A DNA stretch of 32,000 bases, from the IMG/VR virus record IMGVR_UViG_3300045988_065417, positions 1 to 32,000 of that record; one strand, written 5' to 3'. The notes beneath the pieces are model-generated. The model searched no databases. It saw only the letters and a program-made list of their open reading frames with translations, and was not told the origin of the DNA. The translations under genes and the position numbers were made by a program. Positions 16,463 through 24,329 of the stretch are shown one piece after another (the stretch's first letter is position 1; each line of letters begins with the position of its first letter). Source of the DNA: a virus.

Positions 16463-18058
16463 TCATTCCTCCACCTTAGGCTTTTCTTCACTTACAGTAT
16501 ACTCTTGATTTTCCTTAAAGTAAACCTTTGTTATACGGCCCTTTTTTTCAGCTTTTTCTATTTGTTTTTGTCTCATAAATTGTCCAGTAATAATTGAATG
16601 AAATTTTTCGTTGCCCCCTGTTGATAGTTTCAATGTTATTTTTGCATTGTGGTCATCCAGTTTTTTGACTACCCATCTTGTGTTTTCTTTTCCATTTTCA
16701 ATGTACACAGCGTCTGGATCAGTAAGAATACTAGGTAAATTTTTTACGATAGCATCCACCGCTTCAGGGTGACTTTCTTTTATGTGCTTTTTCCTTTCAT
16801 CCATCAAAATTACTTTTGAACTAGAGCCTTCTGGTGCCTTATATTTAGAAGAGTCTATATTACACAGAACTTCGTATTTTGGTATGTCTGTATTCGTTTC
16901 TTTATCGCTTACTTGTGCATTGGCCTTTGTAGTAACTCGTTTCTTCGGTATTCTTACAGGCTTGTAAGGTCTGCCCTTTGTTCCGCCTATCTTCTCGGCT
17001 GAGTAATCTCGCTTCAGATACCCGTTAGAAGCGTCCACAAGCTCTTTCAGTCTCATCTTGTTGTATTTATACCAGTAGTCCTCTTTTGTCGTGTCTAGCC
17101 CTGCTGCGGCTTTCACACGTCGCTCTCTGTCCCACTTTCTCATGTTTCTTTCGTAAGACCTTTGCTTTTGCTCCATCTGGTATATTCTGTCATTTTCTTT
17201 AGGATTTACAGGCTTGTTGTAATCCTCACTTATTCCTGGAAAGTATGCGGTAAATGAATGCCTACAGTTCCACCCGCCAAGTCCTGCACCTGTTCCGTAT
17301 CCTGTGGCCTCATAAAAGTTCTCGTAATTTCCTTCCGGATAGTTTACCCAGAATACTTTTCCTTGCCAGGCTGCGTGGCTTGGTCTGGCTCCCATGTGGG
17401 CACTTGTCTGTACTAGATTTATATCTAGCTCATCAATGACCGATTTCTCGCAAGCCAGGGCGTTCTGGTTTACTGCGGTTCGTACTGCCAATCGAACGGC
17501 CGCCTCGATTGATCGTTGAGCACCGCTTGGGTAGGATACTTTTGTTAGGCCTTCTTTGCATAGCTTATCTATTGTGTTTGCGGTCGCTTGATCTAGTGAG
17601 TAAGCTCCGCTTGATACCTGAAGATAAGCCATGTCATAGTATCTCATAAAAGTGTCGCTAGCCAGTTGAGCTGTGGTCCTTGTAAGGTTCTGGATGTCTC
17701 CCCACAGTGCTGATGTTCCTTTTTTGATCTGATTCGAAAATTCTAAGCCGCTTGTGTCGTATCCTCCAGCCTCTAGTCTATCGAAGGTATCACGGATACT
17801 TTTATAAGCGCTCTGTTGCATGATCCGGTCGACTTCTTCTTCGGAAGTGTGTAGTATCTCAGCTAGTCTTTTATTAATCCAGTCTTGCTGGAGTCCTAGC
17901 TGCTTTAGCTTGTTGTTTAAATACTCCGTGGTGCTTGTCATAGCGTCCTGATTCATCTTGATCCGCTCCGCTATGTCCACCAGTATTTCTGTGGCCAGTT
18001 CCTGATACAGCTTTTCTAGGTCGTCACCTACGTTCTGTAGGTAGTTTGGTTCTAGCAT
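16463..18058 (-). CDS. Minor head protein (MuF / SPP1 gp7 / minor capsid protein 2-like) fused to a C-terminal PBECR-like nuclease module
   Basis: 531 aa after the portal. The N-terminal part has ...GLGGWNCRHSFTAYFPG... The C-terminal ~135 aa (KVILMDERKKHIKESHPEAVDAIVKNLPSILTDPDAVYIENG...) resembles phage Barnase-EndoU-ColicinE5/D-RelE-like (PBECR) domains. Confidence 0.8.
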   Translation of the reverse strand: MLEPNYLQNVGDDLEKLYQELATEILVDIAERIKMNQDAMTSTTEYLNNKLKQLGLQQDWINKRLAEILHTSEEEVDRIMQQSAYKSIRDTFDRLEAGGYDTSGLEFSNQIKKGTSALWGDIQNLTRTTAQLASDTFMRYYDMAYLQVSSGAYSLDQATANTIDKLCKEGLTKVSYPSGAQRSIEAAVRLAVRTAVNQNALACEKSVIDELDINLVQTSAHMGARPSHAAWQGKVFWVNYPEGNYENFYEATGYGTGAGLGGWNCRHSFTAYFPGISEDYNKPVNPKENDRIYQMEQKQRSYERNMRKWDRERRVKAAAGLDTTKEDYWYKYNKMRLKELVDASNGYLKRDYSAEKIGGTKGRPYKPVRIPKKRVTTKANAQVSDKETNTDIPKYEVLCNIDSSKYKAPEGSSSKVILMDERKKHIKESHPEAVDAIVKNLPSILTDPDAVYIENGKENTRWVVKKLDDHNAKITLKLSTGGNEKFHSIITGQFMRQKQIEKAEKKGRITKVYFKENQEYTVSEEKPKVEE

Positions 18059-19614
18059 TAGGCTTCACCCTCTGGCTCCTCTTCTTGTGTTTCATCTTGC
18101 TGGAAGAACATACTTTGAATTTTGTCCGCCGGGTTTTGTGTTTCTCCGGTCATCTCGCGTGCGGTCTGTTCGTCTTCTCCGTAGTATCGGACGCGATATT
18201 CCCATTTCTGTAGGATGCCGGCCGAGATTTCCTGAAGCATTCTTAGACGTTCCGCTTCCTCGTCTGAGAACATAGTGTCGTCAAATTGAATTGTGATGCG
18301 TACGTCTGGATCAAGCCCGGATATGTGGCACTTCTCTTTGCCTAGAATGATAATCGATCTCGTTAGCTCTGTAAGGGCGTCCTGGATTGCGATACGTTGC
18401 TTCCAGACGCTTTCTGTTAGCTCTTTATTGCTTGCACGAACCTGCGTTGCTGTGGTCATGTTCTGGATGCTGAACTGGTATCTGTTTTGGCCAAGTCCGC
18501 ATTTACTTGATAAAAGATTTAGATTGAATTGAACATTCTCCTTGTTTTCATCAACTCTAAGGCTGGGGTTGTATTCCTCAAAAAGTCGAGGCTTGTCTGG
18601 GCTTACTTGTGTTCCCGTACTTACGTATAGAGATTTTTCCAAAGTTGCACCAACGTCTGGTTCTTGCCTTACTGGTACTCGTTCACCTTTATCGTTTATC
18701 GCGTAGGCTGTTGGCTTCATGCTGAATAACGCCTGATCCATGAAAACCTTTTTCTTTCCTAGCAAAGTATCCATGAATAGATTGTCGTATGCCAAGTCGC
18801 AGCTTTCTAGCATGTCGATTGCGTTTGCGTAGATCGACATCCCTAATGGTACGTCTGCTATGTTGTTTTCAATGTTCGGCTTCAAAATAACAAACGGTTT
18901 GCAAGGCAATTTATAGCTGATTGCTTCGCCATGTGGTGCTGATACTCTTTCATAGCCTACGGCGTCTCCTGCCACGTTGTTGATCTTGAAGTAATGGTTG
19001 TAGATTTGGTAGCCTTCTTGCTCTTGCTTGAAGACCTGGATGTACATGAAACGCTCCCCGTTTTGTGTGTACTCGCTAGCTAATGCAATTTCTGAAATAT
19101 CTTCCTCGTCATAGGTCAATGGCACTATTTTCTGCGCGTCCTTGATAGCTTTGATTTGTACGCTCTGGGCACTTAGCTGTCCTTTGTTTACTGTTGGATT
19201 TACAAGCTGCAGATAGAAGCACACGGTCCCTTGTGCGAATTCTCTCTCGACCGCCTTGTTTCCTAGCTTCCAGAACTTGCTGTTTCCTAAAACTCCACCG
19301 TTCTGGTCTTCTTTGTCTCCAGTCAAAAATTCTTGTGTGATGCTCGTTCCGTGGTCATCACACTCTACAAGAATTCTAGTCTTATCGTTTAGAAGTAAAT
19401 CGGCCCAGTCTTCGCAGACCTTCTTGGCCATGCGCATCTGTTTTCTTTTGACTTCTCTTGAGTTTCCGCTTTCGTTCTTGATCTCGTATTTATGAAAATC
19501 TTGAACGTAGCCCTTCCACCAATCGTTCCAGAATTGAATTTTGTTGTAGTAGTCTTGGACTTCCTGGCTCACAGGATATCCTAAGTCCTTTAGTATTGTG
19601 AATAAAACTTTCAT
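18058..19614 (-). CDS. Portal protein (SPP1 Gp6-like)
   Basis: 518 aa immediately after TerL. The N-terminal YYNKIQFWNDWWKGYVQDFHKY motif is typical. Acidic C-terminus. Confidence 0.9.
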   Translation of the reverse strand: MKVLFTILKDLGYPVSQEVQDYYNKIQFWNDWWKGYVQDFHKYEIKNESGNSREVKRKQMRMAKKVCEDWADLLLNDKTRILVECDDHGTSITQEFLTGDKEDQNGGVLGNSKFWKLGNKAVEREFAQGTVCFYLQLVNPTVNKGQLSAQSVQIKAIKDAQKIVPLTYDEEDISEIALASEYTQNGERFMYIQVFKQEQEGYQIYNHYFKINNVAGDAVGYERVSAPHGEAISYKLPCKPFVILKPNIENNIADVPLGMSIYANAIDMLESCDLAYDNLFMDTLLGKKKVFMDQALFSMKPTAYAINDKGERVPVRQEPDVGATLEKSLYVSTGTQVSPDKPRLFEEYNPSLRVDENKENVQFNLNLLSSKCGLGQNRYQFSIQNMTTATQVRASNKELTESVWKQRIAIQDALTELTRSIIILGKEKCHISGLDPDVRITIQFDDTMFSDEEAERLRMLQEISAGILQKWEYRVRYYGEDEQTAREMTGETQNPADKIQSMFFQQDETQEEEPEGEA

Positions 19615-20844
19615 TTAAGTACTCCTTCCTGTGATCAGGTCCATATATGTCGACCAACTATAAAAGTGGGCGTCGAATGTATCGACGTCGGTTGTAAAGT
19701 CATCCAGAATCTTATCTTCCTTCGATTTTGTATCGTATAAAGCTGTGCTCAAACTTTCGACCACCATAGGTACTGCCTGGAACTTCATCTTGTGTCGGTT
19801 CAGCAACATGTTGTAGGTCAGAATACGTGTCTTTCCGTCTATCTTGCGGCAATCCATCACATTGGTTGGAAAGCCTGCCCTTTGTACGGCTACTCGTATA
19901 CTGTTCAAAATGACTTGTTCTGCGTTATCTACAAAAACACTTGATACCACAAATCCTTGAATCCATAAAGCTCTGATCAGGTCGACTGTCTCTGTGCAAA
20001 GTCTTTCGGCATCTATAGTTCCTTTAGCGTGTACTACTTTACGTTCTGCAAAGGTTACAATCTCAGAAAGGTCTGCAGTGATCCCCGTTACGATCAGGCT
20101 ACTATGTGAACGTGTTCCACCTATGTCCAGGCCTATGTTGATCATGTTAAAAAGTGGAAGTTCTCCTTTGACTTCCCACTCGTCTGGATTGTCTGCAAAC
20201 TGTGGAAAGAGTAGCCCTTCCGCGTTGCACCATTCTCCCAGTATGTATCTGTTGTATAGGACTGTCCCTCGATATTCGAGTTTCAAGTTTTCCACGAATT
20301 CCTGCGGCAGAAACGGGTTGTCCTCAATCGTATATTTCTGGCGGAAGATGTCGGCTCCTGATTCTAGAAACTTTAGAAACCAATGGTTCTTGTTGTCCGG
20401 GTTGCATGTTCCGTCAAAGCAGCTATACGGTTTATCTAGACGCGATTTTAGCATGTCAAATACTTTCTTATTCCAGGTTACGACTTCATCCCCGTAGCAG
20501 TACGCTACTGAGGCCCCTTGTATCTTTGTTACCTGGCTTTCTTTGTCTGCGCCTATTGCGTAGCAGTTACGGCCGAATAGTCGCACAGTGTTGTCTGGTC
20601 TTACTCTTCCAACTAGTTCAGGGCCATACAATTCTCGCATGGGTTCTAGAACGTTTCTTTCAAGTGTTGACTTTGTGTTTCCTATGAGGAACACGTGGCC
20701 TGGAAGGCCCTCTATAGCTCGAATACGTTTCGGGATGATGTAATAGTCCAGCCACGTCTTTCCGCTACGTGTAGCCCCTTCTTTTATGTTCCAGCGGCTT
20801 GGTTTATGATTCCAGAACTCTTTCTGTTTCTCAGTCAGTTCCAC
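19615..20844 (-). CDS. terL: Terminase large subunit (PBSX-family type)
   Basis: 409 aa. Walker A GATRSGKT near the N-terminus. Overlaps the TerS stop. Confidence 0.9.
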   Translation of the reverse strand: MELTEKQKEFWNHKPSRWNIKEGATRSGKTWLDYYIIPKRIRAIEGLPGHVFLIGNTKSTLERNVLEPMRELYGPELVGRVRPDNTVRLFGRNCYAIGADKESQVTKIQGASVAYCYGDEVVTWNKKVFDMLKSRLDKPYSCFDGTCNPDNKNHWFLKFLESGADIFRQKYTIEDNPFLPQEFVENLKLEYRGTVLYNRYILGEWCNAEGLLFPQFADNPDEWEVKGELPLFNMINIGLDIGGTRSHSSLIVTGITADLSEIVTFAERKVVHAKGTIDAERLCTETVDLIRALWIQGFVVSSVFVDNAEQVILNSIRVAVQRAGFPTNVMDCRKIDGKTRILTYNMLLNRHKMKFQAVPMVVESLSTALYDTKSKEDKILDDFTTDVDTFDAHFYSWSTYMDLITGRST

Positions 20845-21334
20845 TGTTGTCTCCGGCTACTGTGTCCATAGCTTTCAGTAAAAGATCCAGTTTCGTAATC
20901 TCTTTAGAAGGGTCTCCTTGTCTCTTGATCTGTTCAGCTTGTGCGTTCATCAGCTTCGTTCGGGCTCTGTCTAGACTTGTGACTGGTTGCTGTCCTGTAA
21001 GGTCTCGAATGAATTCTGCAGCCCTTACGTCTCCGCGTGTGGCTTTGTTGAACATGGTTGCGGCTAAAAGCATTTGATTGCTGAGCTCATCATCTTCTAA
21101 TCCCATGTCGATCAGCTTCTCTTTATTTCTTTCGCTTGGCTCCAACTCTAGGATTGCCGCCAGGCATTGTTTCAACTTCTTTTTCTTTTTCTGGACTTTC
21201 TGGCTTGCGGCTCCGCCTTTGCGTCCCATCTCTGCTGCATTCTCTTTCGTGAAAGGCTTCAGGTTTTGCATAGGGTCTTTGCGCTGTCTGGCCGCTTCGC
21301 TTTTTGTACGTCCGGCTAATCCCTTAGCAGGCAT
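20831..21334 (-). CDS. terS: Terminase small subunit (putative)
   Basis: 167 aa basic protein (NLKPFTKENAAEMGRKGGAAS...ATRGDVRAAEFIRDLTG) overlapping the TerL start by 14 nt. Confidence 0.6.
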   Translation of the reverse strand: MPAKGLAGRTKSEAARQRKDPMQNLKPFTKENAAEMGRKGGAASQKVQKKKKKLKQCLAAILELEPSERNKEKLIDMGLEDDELSNQMLLAATMFNKATRGDVRAAEFIRDLTGQQPVTSLDRARTKLMNAQAEQIKRQGDPSKEITKLDLLLKAMDTVAGDNSGTD

Positions 21335-21579
21335 CTGATATCAGCTCCGCCTGTTCTCCGGTGTAATCTTCCCAGCGCTTGATAACTACATCGGCAAAGT
21401 GTGGATCATACTCCATCATGAAGCACCTCCGTCCTAGCTGTTCGCAAGCCATAAGCGTGGAGTCTGAACCTCCGAATAGGTCCAGCACGTTTCCTCCATT
21501 TCGGCTGCTGTTCTTGATCTGTCTTGCAATCAGTGGAATTGGTTTCATGGTTGGATGTTCTTATGTCTTTAATGTTCAT
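21324..21579 (-). pseudogene. Remnant of a beta-class N6A/N4C DNA methyltransferase (C-terminal third only, frame broken)
   Basis: Frame A: EHPTMKPIPLIARQIKNSS..VLDLFGGSDSTLMACEQLGRRCFMMEYD (HPTxKP plus FGGSxST motif I). No DPPY motif. A native-looking SD plus ATG at 21579 (MNIKDIR) is in another frame, and a TAA sits 4 codons before MKP. Confidence 0.65.
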
Positions 21580-21600
21580 GTGTGTTCACCTCTGTTGTAT

Positions 21601-22194
21601 TAAAAAAGAAGCGTTAGCAGCTCAGTGTTCTCTCCAATGAGAGGTCTATCCTGTTTAGCTTCTAAGGCTTCTTTGTTGTCTATGATTACCCGGAGCGCTG
21701 AAAAGAAGATAAAATTTATGTCCATGATTTGTCGTAGCTGATGTTTGACGTTGTCTGGAAAGCACTCGTTTTTTTATAAAGGAGGACGCTCCGGGTAAAA
21801 GAAAAGGGGCCCTTTTCTATCGGTCCTCTTTTACAAGTACTAATATACCACTTTAAAGTGGTACACAGTGGGAACTCTTTAGCTTTTTGTGAGCTTTTTT
21901 ACTTCCGCCATCAGATGTTTATATAGTCCTCGTCTACTGTGCCTCAAGTTTAGCTGCATGAAGGGTTGCTACTTCTTCGAGCTTGTTTCCTAGCTGATCA
22001 CGTTTATAGATTTCTCCTGATGTCATCTGTAGCAGCTGACCGCATAGCACTCCAGCGTTGGCTGCTAGCAATGATTCGTTGTTATCTAGTTCCAGAACCT
22101 TCTCACGTTTGAAAGCGTGGTATTCTGTCATCGCTTTTTGAGGTAGCTCGATTGATTTTTTTAAGTACTGAACCGGTTGAAGTTTGTCAACAGT
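21601..22194 (-). pseudogene. Remnant of a phage SNF2-family helicase (inter-lobe segment readable, remainder decayed)
   Basis: Open frame 22194-21934: ...IELPQKAMTEYHAFKREKVLELDNNESLLAANAGVLCGQLLQMTSGEIY...LHAAKLEA matches the linker pattern of phage SNF2 helicases (aanaavl..kLlQ...GavY...h..Kl.aL). It has no N-terminal ATPase lobe. Downstream only broken frames remain. Confidence 0.5.
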
Positions 22195-22325
22195 CTAGAT
22201 GCAAGTGTTCTTGCCGAATGGTCATTCTTAATGTTAGGATATGCAACTTTGTATGCTCTTGTTGCATTCAAATCAATCAAATACTCGTCAACAAATAATT
22301 TCTGCTTTTCTGTCAATTTAGCCAT
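22161..22325 (-). pseudogene. N-terminal fragment (54 aa) of a Terminase_2-type small terminase, with an intact SD
   Basis: Not in the ORF track. MAKLTEKQKLFVDEYLIDLNATRAYKVAYPNIKNDHSARTLASRLLTN then FNRFST-stop. Matches the LTxKQxxFxxEYxxxxNAtxAxxxAGYSxKtAxxxaSRLLxN signature. SD AAAGGAGGA upstream. Confidence 0.65.
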
Positions 22326-22365
22326 AGAATTCCTCCTTTCATTATTTTGAAATTAAATATCTGTC

Positions 22366-22707
22366 TTAATGCCCTTTCCATCCTTTTCTTGGTGAGCCAG
22401 CTCCTCTTACCCACAATTGATCTACTTCTTTTGCTATTTGTCTTTTTCGACGACGTTGTTCTGAATCTTTATTAGCTAAATCTCGGCTTGTAAGCTTTTG
22501 TACTTTATAACCCATAGATTTTGCCCTAGAAGCTATATCGGATAAGGTCCTAGGAATTTCCCTACTTCCACTATCAGCAAATGATGCACCGGAAAAAGAA
22601 AATACTTTCTTTCCTTTTTGCCTATACTCAAATACAGTTCCATCTCCTGTGGTAACAGTTAAACCAACTGTCCCCCCCCGATTTACATATTGGCCTCTTC
22701 CACCCAT
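22366..22707 (-). CDS. Small basic protein starting MGGRG (113 aa), unknown function
   Basis: SD AAGGAGGA 9 nt upstream of the ATG. Gly-rich N-terminus and a basic C-terminal tail (RRRKRQIAKEVDQLW). Confidence 0.6.
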   Translation of the reverse strand: MGGRGQYVNRGGTVGLTVTTGDGTVFEYRQKGKKVFSFSGASFADSGSREIPRTLSDIASRAKSMGYKVQKLTSRDLANKDSEQRRRKRQIAKEVDQLWVRGAGSPRKGWKGH

Positions 22708-22732
22708 ATAATATTTCCTCCTTATTCATGTA

Positions 22733-22764
22733 TAAAAAAAGCACCTTGAATTAACAAGATGCTT
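22733..22764 (-). terminator. Intrinsic terminator immediately upstream of the 113-aa gene SD
   Basis: Minus strand AAGCATCTTG-ttaatt-CAAGGTGCTT (10 bp with one G-U) followed by TTTTTTTAT. Confidence 0.7.
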
Positions 22765-22893
22765 AGATAGCGTTTAAAATTTAAACTGATATTTTTTAAT
22801 AAATCGAAAAGGCGCTCCGATTCGAACGGAGGTTTCCTCAGTGCATATCGTTTTGTGATATGCATGCATCAAAGTGTAATCACCCCTATACGA

Positions 22894-23292
22894 CTACCTT
22901 TTCTTATTTTTATTTAACCATAACCGTTTTACACGGTCAACCATTTTCCTTTCCTCTGCAGTCAAGTTTGTGGCACCTTTTTTCCCGTCACGTTCAGAAT
23001 GATAATAACCATGATGAGTATGTGGCTTCATATTTTGATGATCATGTGTTAAATCAATCTGTTTTGTACGTTTATTTGAATTGTCATAATAAGAAATTGA
23101 TGAAATTTCATCTTTATCATTTACTGTGGCATATACTCGCCCTCTGGTCATCGTTTCCATCGGAGCTTTTGCATTACTAGCATTGGCTTGCTTCACAAAT
23201 TTAATATTTCCACTCTGATAAACTGTATTGTATTCGCTCCCATAAGGCTTTCCACTGTCACTGACACCGCTGCTTGCTCCTCTACCGCCCAT
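22894..23292 (-). CDS. Small His-rich protein starting MGGRGASSG (132 aa), unknown function
   Basis: The start overlaps the DUF4417 stop by 11 nt. Motifs NIKFVKQ, RVYATVN, DLTHDHQNMKPHTHHGYYHSE. Basic tail EERKMVDRVKRLW. Confidence 0.65.
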   Translation of the reverse strand: MGGRGASSGVSDSGKPYGSEYNTVYQSGNIKFVKQANASNAKAPMETMTRGRVYATVNDKDEISSISYYDNSNKRTKQIDLTHDHQNMKPHTHHGYYHSERDGKKGATNLTAEERKMVDRVKRLWLNKNKKR

Positions 23293-23920
23293 GTTTTCTT
23301 GCCCTCTCTATAACTTTATTTTTATAATAAATAACTTTTGTTCCTTTGAAATCATGTTCAATAGATTGGCCATAAATTAGAATTGCAGTAGGTTTAAGCT
23401 TATCAATCATGTAATCTACACCATCTTTCCAAATGGATCTAGCATATTCATCCTTAATACATCCAATAGTTGAGATTGCCACAATACCCCCTGGTTCAAT
23501 GCCATCAAAACAGAATGTGTATGTTTCTCTTTCGGCCCAGGAAACTGTTGGAATCACACATATTCCTTGACTCTGAAGGTATTGCCCAATTAATCTACTT
23601 CTATAGATATTCCATACTTTCATAGCTCTAGGCATATCCATATAAAGAGAAAAGTCTGGTGTAAGAACACAGTCATACTGTTTTAAGACATTCACATATC
23701 GTTCGGGAGTGTTCCAAATGCGCTCAAACTGATAATCATCAATAAACATATGAATTCCAGATTGATAATTCTTTGAAGAAATTGCTTCATTGAATCCAAT
23801 TAACTCATTAGGAATATGAAGTGTCTTTTTAATTACTGGCATTTCAAATGGACCGTCTGCTTCATATGGATCATATAAATCTAGATTGTATTTTTTGATT
23901 GTTAGTTCTCTTCCTGGCAT
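23282..23920 (-). CDS. DUF4417-family protein
   Basis: I prefer the ATG at 23920 (SD GGAGGTG). MFIDDYQFERIWNTPERYVNVLKQYDCVLTPDFSLYMDMPRAMKVWNIYRSRLIGQYLQSQGICVIPTVSW matches the DUF4417 signature as I recall it. Confidence 0.75.
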   Translation of the reverse strand: MPGRELTIKKYNLDLYDPYEADGPFEMPVIKKTLHIPNELIGFNEAISSKNYQSGIHMFIDDYQFERIWNTPERYVNVLKQYDCVLTPDFSLYMDMPRAMKVWNIYRSRLIGQYLQSQGICVIPTVSWAERETYTFCFDGIEPGGIVAISTIGCIKDEYARSIWKDGVDYMIDKLKPTAILIYGQSIEHDFKGTKVIYYKNKVIERARKHGR

Positions 23921-23941
23921 AGAACACCTCCTTTCTTGCAT

Positions 23942-23966
23942 AAAAAAAGCCAAGACCTCTGTCTTG
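23942..23966 (-). terminator. Hairpin plus T7 immediately upstream of the DUF4417 SD
   Basis: Minus strand CAAGAC-agag-GTCTTG followed by GCTTTTTTTAT. Confidence 0.5.
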
Positions 23967-24087
23967 ACATAATTTCTTATGGTATTAGTTTACCACTTAT
24001 TCAAGTACACAGTGTGCACCAATATAATAAAAGCCCATTTACCGGCTATATATATGGACTTATTCTTTATATATAATATTATTCTAA

Positions 24088-24222
24088 TTAGATTGTATAG
24101 TTAATCTTGTTTGATTTCGGATCAACATAAAATCTAAAAGCTTTCTTACCGTAATCTTTTGCGTAATACGTTACGCCATCACGTGTAAAGTGAGTACAAA
24201 AAATAACTTTTTGTTGCTTCAT
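24088..24222 (-). CDS. Small ORF (44 aa, MKQQKVIFCTHFTRDGVTYYAKDYGKKAFRFYVDPKSNKINYTI)
   Basis: Not in the ORF track. Strong SD AAGGAGGA 8 nt upstream of the ATG at 24222. Basic and aromatic-rich. Confidence 0.45.
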   Translation of the reverse strand: MKQQKVIFCTHFTRDGVTYYAKDYGKKAFRFYVDPKSNKINYTI

Positions 24223-24329
24223 ATTACATTCCTCCTTTCACAATCTTGAAAGGAGCGTCGCAAAATGATACAATTCAATTGATCTATTGAAGAGTTTAGC
24301 CGCATTTTGTGTGCTCATCTCAAGATTTT

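Noticed and set aside
19994-20687. Long plus-strand ORFs (167 and 161 aa) antisense to the large terminase. Similar cases lie inside TMP (8629-9027, 10324-11121), portal, MuF and capsid, plus the minus-strand alternate-frame ORF 9247-9618.
   Set aside because: They lie wholly within well-supported genes, have Ser/Leu/Pro/Arg-rich translations typical of antisense or off-frame reading, and lack SD sequences.
22805-22900. Possible tRNA gene on the minus strand, given the canonical GTTCGAATC T-loop with a 5-bp stem
   Set aside because: With CGCCTTT as the 3' acceptor strand, the only pairing 5' strand gives a 94-nt molecule with a mismatched acceptor stem. There is also no 7-nt anticodon loop (the best stem, TGAT/ATCA, encloses 8 nt). 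I kept it only as a tRNA-like fragment in the findings.
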